A stretch of 64,000 bases of DNA from Octopus bimaculoides (lineage: Eukaryota): NCBI RefSeq assembly GCF_001194135.2, contig NC_068995.1, positions 55,264,574-55,328,573 of the forward strand, in the 5' to 3' direction. How positions within the stretch are numbered: position 1 is the stretch's first letter; every line of letters begins with the position of its first letter. Below are positions 39,885 to 54,342 of the stretch, in pieces. The notes beneath the pieces are model-generated. The model searched no databases and was not told where the DNA came from. It was given only the letters and a program-made list of their open reading frames with translations. The translations under genes were made by a program, and so were the position numbers.

Positions 39885-39910
39885 TCAATAAGAGCTGCAT
39901 TTTCTACAAT

Positions 39911-41040
39911 ACCCTTTACGCTTGTAATGGATGTCATCTTGAAAGCAGATCCTTCATGGATGGCATCACATTACTCTGCACAAACGGGCACCAAATACGC
40001 AGAATACTAAAGTAGTTTATTTAGTGAATTGACTTTATGTAGAATGAATTTCAAACTAAAGAAATAATGAAGTCGCTCATTACGGAAAAGAAAAGGCGTT
40101 GTTAACGCCTTGGTCCCAGAAGGCAACTGTCTATTCCAACATTCAAACGTTTAGAAGGTGGCATGACGATTCCTTGAAATATGGGAATCGTGGAGCTGTA
40201 AAAATTTCAAGGCGAAATCTTGCGAGCAATATATCTATATGCTATATACAGCGAACGCAAAATTCGGTGCCTGCAAACTCTGGTGAAAGGTCCACAGAAC
40301 TTTACGAGTAGACGATATCAGTATGAGCACAATGGAAACGATGGAGGACAGCATTAACAAATATTAAAGAAACGGGATTGATATCCATCATTCTTATTGA
40401 TGTTGCTTTCTACTCTCACCAAGCAAAGTCAAAGTACTCCTAAACTCTATCGTTGATGAGTACTAACCAGAAAATGCAAGTATAGTGTATAATTTTTAAG
40501 GGTGTATAGTGTATATTTATGAGGTTTACAGAATACAGCGAACGATTAGGAAGGGCAAGCTGACGTTCCAAAATGGAAAATATATCTAGAAATCATCGAC
40601 AAGTCTGGAATTATAGAGCATTCTGTGTTTCAATCACTTTGATGGAAACAAGGAATTGGATTTGAACTCATGAGTTATATGCAAGCAGAAGGACAAAACT
40701 TCCATCTTCAAGTCTGAGATGTACTTAATTAAGCATGAGAGATCTTGGCTTCTGAGTCAAAATATTCTCCTCAGATGTCGAAGCGAGAGGGCTTGTAGGA
40801 AACCCTGACTAAAAATTATGAAACGTCCCTCATTTTAATGCAGAAAGAGATCCAGAGCGCAAACAGCAACAGCAGAATCAGTTGAAGAGTTTTTCAAGCG
40901 GATTTGATTTAATCACAGAGGAATCAAAGTGAAATGCAGAAGTGAAAAACTACTATTCTTACAACTGGTGTTTCAGGTTGAAGTTATTGTTGCAAAATCC
41001 AAGTTGTCATGAATATGGCGTACCTTGGCCACCCAAGTAG
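39911..41040 (+). mobile_element. Decayed R2-superfamily non-LTR retrotransposon RT fragment, HERO-like (FMDD type)
   Basis: Collinear pieces FTLVMDVIL; FMDGITLL (39953); CRMNFK...SRSL...KGV; RWHDDSLK; DISMSTMETMEDSINKY; DVAFYS...NSIVDEY; QGIGF, with many frameshifts. Confidence 0.68.
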
Positions 41041-41645
41041 GTTCAGGTTAAAAGGGATACAACAACCCGCAATATGGCAACTGAGAGGTATCTAGAAGAC
41101 ATTGACATGCAATTTAAATCGACATATGTATCGTGAATAGACAAAAAAAAAGGTCATGCCCGTTTTGTTTTACATTATTTACGGCTCAAGTTGCGCGTGT
41201 GTTTTATGTACGCCCACAGACTCACACACACATATGCATGCATGTATGCATATATGGATGGATGCAGGCATTCTGAAAAAAATAGTTAACTTTCTTACTT
41301 TTTCAGTCCTTGCTACTTATGAAATGATAATTTCTCTTGTTCAGAACTTTCTCAATTTACTAGATAAAAATGAATGCAATTTCGACGTGAATGTCTCAAG
41401 CAACAGAATCCATACAGATTTCACATGTATTTATGAATAGGTTTAGGTTTAGATATACATAGCCAGAGGCTTCCATATTCACGCGTTCATAATCGTTTAG
41501 ATTTGACAATTCAAGAACCTTCAGCTCCACAAGCAGCATGCTAATGCTAATTCATATCAACTGATCACATGTTCATATCTCAATGTAATCGCACATTATA
41601 TATATATTTACAGACATGAAGATATAAATATCATTTATTTCTAAG

Positions 41646-41925
41646 TTGGGCAAGTGTCGTCTGTTATAGTATCAAGCCGACAAATGCCTTGTGAGTGATT
41701 TTGGTGGAAGTCTAACGTATATATGCGTGTGTGTGCGCGTGTGAGTGTGCGTGTGCGTTTGTGTATGTGTTCCTATGTGTGCGTCTGCGCGCGCTCGTCA
41801 TTGACTTAATATATGTCACCCAACAGCACTTCACACCAGATGTTGGTTTGTTCACGTGTTTGCGGTACTGGAGTTGATTTGTTCGGCAATACTTTTCATG
41901 GCGGTGCCTGACTTCTTCAAGTATA
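41646..41925 (+). mobile_element. SINE family B, degenerate
   Basis: ttgggcaagtgtc...gccgacaaatgccttgtgagt...(GT)n...gatgttggtttgtt aligns to 32990-33379. Confidence 0.7.
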
Positions 41926-42055
41926 ATATAAAATATTATATATAAGTATATATGTGTGTGTTTGTGTGCATGTGTGTCACTGTGTGTATATGCATATACA
42001 TACGTATATATATATATGTGTATATATGTGTGTATATATATTTCTTTGTTTATTC

Positions 42056-42093
<38 letters not shown>

Positions 42094-42140
42094 GCATATA
42101 TGTATATATATATATAGAGAGAGAGAGATATATATAGATG

Positions 42141-42184
<44 letters not shown>

Positions 42185-43051
42185 GATAGATAGATAGATG
42201 CATATATTTGTGCATATATGTTAGACTGCATGCATATATATATATGTGTGTGTATGTATGTATGTATGTATGTGTATGCATATTATTTATAATACATACC
42301 CGGGTACACTCCCACTTACCAGCTAACAACGCACAGGAATGTATACTTGTAAATATATGAGTTTGTTGTTTCATTATATTCATATTTACAACATTCTTTA
42401 GATAAGCACAAAAAGACTCGAAAGTTCTTTACAAAGATGAAATATATAATGTGTTTCTTAACGTAATTGTTGAAGTGTTTATAATCATGAACAGTATTAT
42501 GTCACAATACATTGATTCTATTGAAATTCTATTCTTTAATCATATAATTAAATTCAGCTTAAGGTATCGCGATCTTTTCTTATTTCAAAACCAGTTATTT
42601 TAATCTTACGAAAAAAATATAATAAACGTGCGCGCGCAGGTGTACCTGCGTGTCTATATGTGCGTCATTGTGTATGTAGGTATAATAGTGTGTGTATGTG
42701 TAGAAATATGTGTACGTCTATAGTGTTTCTGTGCGTGTGCATATATTGGATACATATAATGGATACATGTATATAAATATGTGTGTATACATATAAGTAT
42801 ATATATATGTATATATATATATAGAGAGAGAGAGAGAGGGAGAGAGAGAGAGAGAGGGAGGAAGAGAGAGAGAGAGAGCGAGAGAGAAGGGGAGAGAGAT
42901 ATGTGTCAGTAATAGTGACACAAATCATCCAAAAATACGCGAAAGCAGATTAGTAGACAGCATGACATAAACAATCACGCATTCTTATATCTACCTGAAT
43001 GTGTGTGTATGAGGTTGTGTGTGTGGTGTACGTGTGTGTGTTTATGTGTGT

Positions 43052-43091
<40 letters not shown>

Positions 43092-43261
43092 TGTGTGCGC
43101 ACGTCTGTGTATGTCTGTTAGTTTGCCTTTATATCTATAATGCATATATTCTTAAGAATCATTATCTAAATAAACATCTTTTCACGCTATTATGTCTTAT
43201 GTGTTATCATTGCTTATGTAGTTTTCTTATCATTATTTCTTTTTGCAAATATTTATAGATG

Positions 43262-43405
43262 CGGTTAAGTTCTCTTCGCCAGTATGTAGGCTCGTATTCA
43301 GCCCGACTGAGTGTTACCATGGGCAATTCTGTTCTACAACAGCCTCGGCCCACCCGTAATTAATGAGTGTATTTGTTAGACGGAAAATGAGAGCAGCCTC
43401 ACCAC
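43262..43405 (+). mobile_element. SINE family B 5' half, old
   Basis: ccatgggcaa...tagcctcgg-like (cagcctcggccc)...gacggaaaatgagagcagcc aligns to the head and core of family B. Confidence 0.55.
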
Positions 43406-44199
43406 TGTTTTTGCGTCAGTTCAAACCTTCCCTTGTCTAGCCACATTCTGTTTATGATTGCCCATCATTGCTTTACTGTATCTAGATCAGACTGGAGTTC
43501 AGTCCCATATTCTCCATTGATAATTTTCTGGAGCTTGGATGTATGTGTGTACCCTTATATATATATATATATAAGAAGCCTCAGCCAAGACCAATCTATT
43601 TTCATGAAACCACATTAAACAATATTTTCTTTCTATTATAATTCGGCTCCGTTTTCTACTAAATTGAACTGCTGCTTGCAGTGGCCCGCCACTGTCGTTT
43701 TTCTTGTGTTTATGGATAGTAAACTTCATTGGTCATTGACTTACTATAGTTAGCAGTTCAGAAATAGCTTCTACATTTCAGAGAATACCACATTTGATAG
43801 ATTTAATGAAGATAAACTATTAAGCCGGAGAAACCTCATAAAAATCGTTTGTTATTTAGAAGGTGTTGAATTTCTTGGACATACAGATTATTTCCTCTGT
43901 ACATTCATAACACTTAAGTATTTACCATCCAAGGAAGAATTTATTATCGCAGTTTTTTCACGATAATTATTAATGATACAGCAATCGCATAATCCGACGA
44001 AAGTAAATCTTATACTCTGCTACGAAGAATTCAATTTCCAAAATGGCTCTAATTTTCCCTAAGAATATAATTTTCTAATTAAATTTTCAATCTAATATAA
44101 CAGCTTATCTTTATACGACAAGAAGCATATATGTCAAATCTGAAGCCACGCACATTCATAATTAGTAACATGTGAATTTCTTAACAGAGATGCATTGAG

Positions 44200-44330
44200 G
44201 ATTCTACACAGATGATGTAGCTTTACTGAATATGAGACAGAAATCTATCGGAAGCTGAAATGTCATTAATGTTTGGCTACATGTGACAGGTAGATAATAG
44301 AAATTAGTGTCTTGACAAACATAGGTGGCA
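44200..44330 (+). mobile_element. Possible LINE RT remnant
   Basis: YTDDVALL resembles the RT YADD motif; no further collinear motifs recovered. Confidence 0.25.
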
Positions 44331-46529
44331 AACTTCATTACTATAATAGGCGAATAATTGACACCTCTTGCAGCTGAAACAGTGGCTGCAACGCTGAATG
44401 CACGAATCAATAGTTACATTGTCCGTTCATACGAATGTATTCTCAAGTGATGTGTTTGTTGAATCATAAGACGCTCAATGACTAGTCCGGAATGGATTCA
44501 ATATTTTACGTATTACACTATTTCGAGGACCTGGAAAGGTTATGCAATCCATTTTCCTTTCCATACTAGATGAAGATTAGCACCACTTGAAAATGGGTAG
44601 CATTTCAGAAGACAGAGACTTTGGTGGCGTTTCTAGAATATGGAGATATAGTAGAAACGTTTGAAATTAACAGGGAAGCCACCAGGGATACTATATCTAG
44701 AAAATATGAAACGGAATTAGAAAAGACGAATCTCTATTCAAACTGGTAAAACGAGAAATCGCTACACAGACTTAGGGCAACGTCGTCATACAATGACAGT
44801 GTGATTCTTGGGAGGAGGCCTTGGTTAGGCGGAAGAACGCTAAGCATTTTGACAAAACATTTGTATTTGTGCCGAGGATAGAAATGAGTTTATATTGAGT
44901 TCCTTTCTGTCACAAATTGCTGATAAATATATTGCAACGAACAGATATCTCATCACATTTTCAATATGCATAAATTATTATAAGAACTATATAGTCGTAG
45001 ATAACCCGACGACAAGAGCTTCTCAAAACAATTTCAGTTATGTTAGACACCAACCCGTTTTTATTGACGTCATCATGATTTTTACAATATTCATAGCTGA
45101 CAATATGGTTCTTCAAAAGGATTTATCACCCGTTGATTTCTGACCCACAAAACAAGAAGGAAATGACTTCACTGTAGAATACAATTACGTTTTTTGAAAC
45201 GTTATTGTTTGAAATTGACTTGTTTCAAATGAAGCTATGCATAGAGAGAAAAAAAACGTTGTCAAACATTAAAATGAAATAATCAATCACAAAGGATATA
45301 TTTGATTATATTATTTCTAATGACAGATGTCAACTCGTCTTCGCATTTACAGCGGTATACATTGTCATAGAGACAGAAGTATATGAAGTGATAGATGTAC
45401 TGGTATGGTTCTTACATACACATACTCATAAGTTCACATATATTATTGGTTAATGTAAAGGTATATGTATGTGTATATTTTGTGTATGCGTGTATGAATT
45501 TATGTGCATATATATGTGTGTGAGTCTGTGTCTGTGTCTGTGTGTACGTGTACGTATATATGTGTATATATGTATATACATATATATCAGGAGATTCATA
45601 GGAAGAGAATGCAACTATTAAATGGTATTTGTAGGTGTATGTATGTATGTATGTATGTATGTATGTATGTATGTATGTATGTATGTATGTACGAATGTAT
45701 GTGTTAGGAGATTTTTATACAGGCAATGCAACTATTAAACGCTACGTGCAAACACTACTACACACACACAAATGAATATTTATACAACTAAATTTAAGTG
45801 CTAGCCTTCTGTTTACTGTATATTTCCAAAACATTGTGTATTTATCAACGAATGATTTCAATAGAACAAACGTCAGCTCACGCCAGATTATAATCTTTAT
45901 AGATGTTTGTCCATGAAACTTAATCTGTAAATTAGTTTAACATTGCAGCCAAAGAAAATGGACTGTTGGTTATTTGTAATTATCTCAAAGGGATAAGTAG
46001 CATTGAATCACTTCTACTCGCCAGTGAAGCCTAGAAGCAGATAAAATTCGACACAAATAAATTACGAAAGTTCTCACGTCTTAAATGTCTGATAAGCATC
46101 GCCCATGATGAAGTGTGTTGTACTTGGTGTGCTATGTAAAGCTCTAAAACATGTATTCTACATATTACTGGGAAGTGTACATATCGCTTGCAAATGTGAA
46201 TGATTTTAAAGATGTAACAAATCTCTTACAGCACCACGAAATCTCGTACTGTGTCGAATTTTGTCAGCACCTAGTTTTCAGTGAGATAAAGTAGTGTATG
46301 TCAATAATAAAAGATATCAAAGGGAAGTTTGATTGGGAGAGATTTATGGCTTGTAATAAACGTGAACGATATTAGAGGAAGATTTACTACTGACGGTTTG
46401 TATGCCAACCTTCGTTGGAGATAGTCTGAACAATAGCAAGGAGATACAGTGATGAAACGGGGAGATACAATAGAACAAAGAGTAGCGTAAGAAGGAGTGG
46501 GGTATATGGAAATCTAACATGAACATAAC

Positions 46530-47110
46530 AGATGTAAAAACGCCAAATACACATCCTTCCAGTTTTACATCCGTTTTGACACAGTTATATGAGCAGCATT
46601 TTTTTCCTTCCTCTCCCACTTCTACTGTTTCTATTCACGCTGAGCATTCAACATACGTTCAAATAATTGCGACCATCCATACACACGGCAGACACGACTG
46701 TGTCATCGTAGTTTTCTGTCTTGCTCATTACATCCGTTTCCTCTTATACGTTTTGTTCATATTACTTTAATTCTCACTCCACGACAGAATATTTCACATC
46801 CGCTTCATAATACTCCATTTATTTACATCCTTGACAACTTCTTCACACTCCAGACCTACGTCATGCAGCATTGTGCTTCTCACAGTCTGTATTTTTTCTG
46901 ACACGGAAACTTTTGTAATTATCAGAAGTAAATAGCTTACTGAACTTCTATAGACCACACGTACACTAACAGTTATACATTCGTAACACGCAACTCCGCT
47001 TCTAATTACGTCTCCGAGAAAACAAAATAATTCTGAACTCTTTCTAGAGACCCTTCGAGCATCTATTTGTACGAAAGTTTTATGTCAAATGTCTTCTTGG
47101 AATATTTCAC
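46530..47110 (-). mobile_element. RTE-clade LINE RT/C-terminal fragment
   Basis: FCFLGDVIRSG..C.ECIT..VRV; TVRSTMLH; LR*H..VCR; RSGRGRKK; CVKTDVK, in the expected RTE order. Confidence 0.75.
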
Positions 47111-48002
47111 TTTGTTGATTATTTCAGAGACATTATATATTCCTCAAAGTGCTTATTCACGTTCATTGGAAACTTAAATTTCTGTTTTGTTTAACACAAG
47201 TGACCGATCATCATCATTTAGCAAACAAACTTCTTCAATATGATTCATAAGATATGTTGTGTCCGATTTGAGAGCGGGGTGTAAACGTAAATCTATATTT
47301 CAGGAGTTTTATATCATTTTCCATAAGGTTTCGCTATAACAGGATAGGATTATCACGTTTGTCTCTGTTGATCCAAAGCTTCCTTGAGATTTTATATCAT
47401 TATAGACTTCTTTCGTTCTTGTTTGGAGATCTTGTTCCCTAAAAGAATTTTCGTGTTCTGTGAACCATTGGTACTTTATCGTTCATTTATACTATTTAGG
47501 TGAGAGGAAGTTGTCCAGTTGTTCTTGTACCATCTGCCTTCACTATTGGTATGTTCTTGCGCTTACCATGTTTTGAAGATTTTATTTGGTCTGTTCTTCC
47601 ATTCTTATTTTACCTCGGTATTTTGGCTTTTCATGGCATGCCTTCTCTTGTTTGGAATTCTATTTTAGCTTTTTACTCTTTTTTTCCTATTTGAAAGTCA
47701 ATATTTAAATTTCGTGACTGTAACAAGGTTTTTTACAAAAATTATATAAGCACGTGTGTTTGTGTCTCTATGTGTGTACGTGTGTGTTTATGTGTGTTTG
47801 TGTGTATGTGTGTCCATGCATTCTTCCTATAAGTGTGACGATCGATGATTAAATCTGAAAACTGAAAAAAAAAGTGTTTCGCGAAACAGAACTTTACGTT
47901 ACGGTATAAATATATTTCTTTTCTTGTTTTCACTCTGTACCCATCTATCTGTCTATCTATCTATCTATCTCTATCTATACACTAACAGCAATAAATATTT
48001 GC

Positions 48003-48038
<36 letters not shown>

Positions 48039-48057
48039 NNNNNNNNNNNNNNNNNNN

Positions 48058-48099
<42 letters not shown>

Positions 48100-48760
48100 T
48101 GTATGTGTGTGTGTGTGTGTGTGTGCGTGTGTGTGTTTGTTTGTGTGTATGTTATCTTATATAAATGCGAGTAACCCGATGACGAATATTCTAAGCCTTT
48201 TTCGTTTATTATTAAAGATCTAAAGTTTATTCATACCATAACATATTTTCGCAACTAATAATTCCTTACTAAATTCTAAATTTTTGCATTTCGTTTTCGT
48301 TTTATTTTATCCTTTTCATCGCAGAATAAATGTTTATTTTTATTGCATAAAATGTGACAGCCGTTGTGAATGTATCTAGTTGGTTTCAAAGTACACAGAA
48401 CTAAATGAAATTGAATCAAGTTACTTTGATTTTTAATATTCAGAGCTGTTCCTGATATGATTTATTTGTATATTTTTGTGGCAATAAATCACTGTTTATA
48501 CTCCTGACATCTGTAATTATGTTGGTAGTATATTTCGTTAATCAATATATTAAATCTTCTGATTTATATAAGAATTAATTTCTGTGATGATGTGTATATT
48601 CCACTTTTTCTTTCAGAATGACAGTGATCCATCGCGTTTTTTGCTCCTTTCTGTTCCTGCTTTGTTTAGTGGTTAAAATGTTAATTTTGCTTTCGTTAGC
48701 ACGATTAAAAAATTGAAGTGCGTGAAGCAGAGTGACGATCTTATGAATGCGATTCATACA

Positions 48761-48857
48761 GGCTCAGGAGTGGCTCTGTGGTAAGAAGCTTGCTTCCTAA
48801 CCAAATGGTTCATGGTTCAATCCCACTGTGTGGAACCTTGGGCAAGTGCCTTCTACT
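48761..48857 (+). mobile_element. SINE family B head
   Basis: A-box-like tggctctgtggtaa, B-box-like ggttcaatccc, then ccttgggcaagtg. Confidence 0.85.
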
Positions 48858-49323
48858 TTTTTTTTTCTTAACAGTTCAGCAAGATTTTGGAAAATTGTGT
48901 TACGGTAGCATGATTTTCTGTTGTATCTATCGAATTCTTATAATTAGTGGTCATATCAAACAGTTTTCTATACTGTGCAAACTGAAAATAAACGGATATA
49001 AAGAATCATACATTCTCTCCTATCTAAGCGAATATGTTTGAATCGAAAAAATAATCTAGATACGTTATTTCCTTCCTCAATAACTACTCAAGAAACAAAT
49101 TTATCCTTAGTCACCGAATATACTCTGCATAATTATATAATTTTATATAGGAGCCAACATGAATGCTTCTATATTTTTGTACAAATATTTATCAATAATA
49201 TTAAAATGTTTCTATAAAAATGTTAGCATATTTTATGAATCAATCACACATTTTATGTTTGTTTATATTTTAATTCATCGATATATTCATTTAAATAAAA
49301 TATCTCTTTCTCTCTCTCTATAA

Positions 49324-49426
<103 letters not shown>

Positions 49427-51726
49427 TGTGTCTGTGTGTGTGTCTCTGTGTGTATGCCTCTGTGTATACGCGTGTATGTATGCATGCATATATATATAAG
49501 TGAATATTTCTTTGGTTCAAGAATTTGGATTATAGTCTAGCTGGAGTTGAACTAACATTAATCAATGTCTTTCTTCTGAGTAGCAGGAAATATATCTTAA
49601 TCTTTCTTTCGCTGTTCTCTCATTTTTTTTTCAATGCTCCATTGAAGCTAACAACTTCATGTAATTAACTCTATTTATCTATATTTCATAGTTGTCAATG
49701 ACAACTTCACTGCTTATTTTAAAGCATTTATAAATATAATAATTGTCTTTTGAATTTTGAAAACATATAATGATATTTTGTGACCTTTTAAAAATCCTAT
49801 ATTTCGAAAAAGAAAAAAAATCAACAAAATTTCTTTCATATCCTCTTAGATTAAAATTCTACAATTGAATCACCTACTGAGATCTATTATTCGACGTTTC
49901 TATGCAAATGACTGGGTCACACAATCTAAGGCAGCATATAAGCGAGGGCATAATGAAAGATATCCAATCAAATTAACCTTTACATTCGAAAACTAATAAC
50001 CTGCGTTGCTTTTCTTTTGAGTTACATTCTTCTAATCAAAGGTTATTTGAAAAACACATCTCTCTGAAAATTAAATTTGACATTTGGCAAATGAAACAAA
50101 AGACTCAAATATAATAAGTGTGTTTATTCGTATAAAAAAGAAGAACACGGGGTGTCGTTATGTGTATGCTGGAAGATTGCATTCACTCTCTCAATATATA
50201 TTGTTAGGAATGATATCACGATTTTTTATTGTTCTAAATTTAAATATAACATCACATTCTTGTTTTATAAACCTGTTAGACTATTTCCGATATTTTTTCC
50301 ATAAAATATATGAAAGCATATTACTTAAAAATTCCTTTCTCATGCTCACGGATATACAAAAACCATCTTTGATAAATTTGCAATAACATCTTCATTTGCA
50401 GAATACATAAGCACATGGCATTGATATTGTATGTTTAATCTATCGAAAATATGTAGGGCAAATTTGTAAGTGCAAAAATAAGTGAGGCTGAACCATTGTT
50501 TTAAATCCTTTATATAATCTCGGGGTTTTCATTTCAACTTACACTAGATTTGGACATTTTTTATCCTTTGGTTGGTTTTTGACAGAATATATCAAAATCG
50601 AATTATGTGCCGTTGTTTAAGATCAAAATATCGTTGACCCAGAGAGTATTATAGTGTTCTTTAAATAAACGAATTAATATGAATTATGTTTTCGCTTTTT
50701 CTTTTAGTTTATTTTATTCAATCGGTATTTCATACAACGACACAAATAGGTGAAACTTACCTCTAAATATGTATGTGTATGGGTGAGAGTGTGCGTGTGA
50801 GACGGCTTGCATGTGTATGTTTTGTTCAAAGGGACTAGTCACTGATCTATAAATTCGAAAATTACAATCTTAACTACAAATTATTTTGTTATGCGGCTTC
50901 CAGCTAGTACGCTATTATTACTATAAGCCAGAAGAGCAATAAAAGAAATGGATGAGCAGACGGGATAGAAACTGTCAAGGATGCCAATCTGCATCCTATG
51001 TGATTCGAAACTGCATGCTGGTATATACTGCATGGTTTTCGAATATCAGGTATACTACATCGTGAGTAGTATATAATTATCGTGCTTAGATATTTGGAAG
51101 ACGGCCTATGTGTCATAATGTCAAAGATACCCTGTATCAAATGTAGCGTAATTATACACGTAACAAAAGAGCAACAACAACAACAGCATTAGTCATATTA
51201 CAGAATGCAATAGACGCGTTTTCTAAACGGATTGGCGAAGTTATAATGATATGTTTATGGAACTAAATATCATTTGCTCAACTTATATATTTAGTTTATA
51301 AAACATTTTGAAACATATCACGTAGTATGGAGATATTTCTAAAATTCATTTTTCGAATATAATAATTCCTGCTCTATAATTTTCCTATTATTGCGTTATT
51401 ACTCCACACAAATAAATTATGATTGTAACGGTGCTGAAATTTTAGACGCTACAGACAAACTATGTTTCCACGGTGTAAATTGTTTTTAACTTACAATTAG
51501 AGTAAACATTAAAATACGTGATAAATTGCATATAAATATGCATCAGAAGAGTTCATGAAGTTTACGTTCGAACTTGAAATTTGCAAACTGAAATATGGAA
51601 TCTGAAAATTATATCATAGGTTTCGTGTCTTCGATAATTCCGCTTTATAAAAATTGGTGGTTGTATAATATTTGAATACAATTATATATACGTAGACATA
51701 TAACCACACACACACACGCACACGAA

Positions 51727-51768
<42 letters not shown>

Positions 51769-51778
51769 NNNNNNNNNN

Positions 51779-51824
<46 letters not shown>

Positions 51825-51877
51825 GGAAAATATATGTGCGTACGTATATGTGTGTATGTGTATATATGTGTGAGTGT

Positions 51878-52020
51878 GGGAAGACGTATGGTTTAATGGT
51901 TACGATATACGACTCATGATCGTAAAGGGGTGAGTTCGATTCGCAGTGATATGTTTTATCCTTGACCAGACATCTTATTTCACGTTGCTGCTGTCCACTC
52001 ATTTGGCACAAATTAGGAGT
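51878..52020 (+). mobile_element. tRNA-derived SINE, family D
   Basis: tggtttaatggtt (A-box-like), gagttcgattc (B-box-like), then tccttgaccagacatcttatttcacgttgct. Confidence 0.7.
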
Positions 52021-52485
52021 AGCAATGTCACATTCTGTTTCACCTGCATGTCCTTGAATGTCCCTAAGAATTACGTTAAGTGTACGCGTACCTTATCAGT
52101 GCATAGCTACAAGCACCTCAATTTCATGAGCAGGTTATTAGACATTGGTGGTAATTTTAATAGAAGATTTTGTAACAAAACAAGTATAAAAAAGGAGTAG
52201 AGAAAGCCTTCTAGAATTCTAACTAAATATGTTTCTGAGCAGATTTCCCAAGTTTAACTCAAAATTTCACGTTGGTTCCTTGATCCAACTCCCTGACCAC
52301 GACAAAATTTACACACTATACGGGTGTGTAAACAAGAAACAGATGTATTTGTTTAACGCTCGGAAAGTGAGAAAGTCTCTTACGTTTCGAGCCTACGCTC
52401 TTCAACAGAAAGGAACAGAGAAATAATCAGAATGAGAAAATATATGTATATATACATATATGCATATATATATGTATATATGTGT

Positions 52486-52534
<49 letters not shown>

Positions 52535-52874
52535 CGTGCGTATGTATGTATGTATGTATGTATGTATGTATTAACAGCCTTGCCTCTCAGAAGCGTCATC
52601 TCCTGCCTAGTGTCACGTGGAAGCTGCAGGTATTTATTGCCTACTAAAAAAATTGTCCTATTTTTATTTCTTGTCTTTGTTCTTTCAAATGTGAACGTTT
52701 GGAGATTTAAGACATTGCGTTTCGTCTTAGTACGTGGCATACTTCATGTGACACATACTAAATAACATTTACGACGATTAGTTTCATTTGCAGTGTCATT
52801 TGTTTCTAATGTATCCATGAAAGAATACTCTCGGGAAAATGTACACGCGTATATTCTTTTTACACGGTATTAAC

Positions 52875-52878
<4 letters not shown>

Positions 52879-52937
<59 letters not shown>
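52879..52937. repeat. (GATA)n microsatellite
   Basis: Direct reading. Confidence 0.97.
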
Positions 52938-52958
<21 letters not shown>

Positions 52959-54009
52959 CCGACATTCTCATGTCTGTAGTAAATAGTGACAATTATATTA
53001 CGTAATTCTCAATGATTATTTTCTATATTGGTTTGATGTGAATATTATTGGCTCAGCACAGTTGTGGACAAAGACCCAGAAAACAAAGTCCACAAAACCT
53101 GTTTGATCCCTCACTGATCGACTTCAGAGCACATGCATTTCATAAACCTTTCGTACATACAGGCACAGCTAAAAGGAAGGATATGATTACCTGTGAAAGG
53201 CTTTCTAGAACGTCTATGCGAATTGGAAATTAACACAGATGCCTACTACATTTAGTTTTCACCTTTATCAGTGGTTACTAAATATCATCTGTCATTAGAT
53301 TCAAGTAATAACTGAAAATGTCTCATTGATTCGATTCAGCATACATGTTTCTACTCTGTGCACATAGCATATTTTCTATACTACATATATAGCACAAAGC
53401 AAACACAGAGTTGATTTATTTATCAACCAAGTAGAGAGATATGATATTCTATGATAGCGACAGAAGACAATAAAATCATCGACGATAAGACACATCAGTT
53501 CATCGTTAAGAAAAGCTTATAAAACATCAAAATATTTCGAGAACTTGAAGTATTTCACCTTAAATATATTAAAATATCACATTATAAAGTTAAAATTATT
53601 TCCGTACTGCCCAGCCTTGTCAGCAATAAAATAATGCTAGGCATTCATTAGTAAGCTAATTGTCAAAGAAATAGTTTTGTCCTTTTATGAAGTTTATAAC
53701 TCGGAAATAATTTAAATTAAAATGCAGTTCATTAGTCACGGGAGTTCTCTGTTACCATTATTCTGTGGTCTTGTTCTTTTCTTTCAACTTTACGATTTTC
53801 TGAAATTGATGAGGCAAATGTTTATTGATGCATCAAACAGTAAGCAATAAAATGTACGGCATCATTGTAATATATTTTTAATCGTGGTCATAAATTTTCT
53901 GAAATTGCGATGTTTGTAACGAGAATAAAACTAACATAAAATTTTAACACGTAAGTAAGTGAATGTATTCATAATAATAATCTGAAGTCTTCTGTTATAA
54001 TCTTCATAG

Positions 54010-54166
54010 AGCATGCCTATTGACCAGTTTCGCAGATTCTGTAATCCAGTTAGCAAACTGTTCACATTTGATATGCTGTTTAAAGAATTGTGTGTCGCCA
54101 AAACAAGTGTGATGTACAAAATATCTACGTACAGTATCTCACTAAAGTCTACCATTTGTTGTCAAG
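54010..54166 (+). CDS. Weak orphan exon candidate, product unknown
   Basis: Acceptor tcttcatag|, open frame SMPIDQFRRFCNPVSKLFTFDMLF..., donor caag|gtaaaa; the opposite strand is also open. Confidence 0.2.
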
Positions 54167-54276
54167 GTAAAATGCAGGGGAAAATGTTGTTTTACATTGA
54201 ACTGTGTGAAAACATTAAATAATCTTCCATCGTTATGTGTGTATACACCAGCCAACATCTGTGCAGGCTCCAACAG

Positions 54277-54342
54277 AAAGGCGGTGCTCCAGCGCGGCCG
54301 CAGTCCATTGGTTGTAACAAGTAAAAGAAATAAAAGAAAATA
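54277..54342 (+). mobile_element. SINE family B 3' tail
   Basis: aaggcggtgctccagcgcggccgcagtc...aacaagtaaaagaaataaaaga. Confidence 0.75.

Noticed and set aside
43679-43694. Hairpin CAGTGG cccg CCACTG followed by a T-rich run
   Set aside because: Terminator-like only in a bacterial context; no CTRR end for a Helitron and no match to the histone stem-loop
45590-45740. Diverged ~35-bp direct repeat (AATGCAACTATTAAA) around a (GTAT)n run
   Set aside because: Simple local duplication with no sign of function
47260-47700. Purine-skewed minus-strand tracts suggesting further LINE remnants (also 59140-60160 on plus)
   Set aside because: No diagnostic protein motifs could be recovered by eye
48761-48830. 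tRNA gene at the SINE heads (also 51878 and 14075)
   Set aside because: A and B boxes are present but there is no complete cloverleaf, and the sequence continues into SINE body
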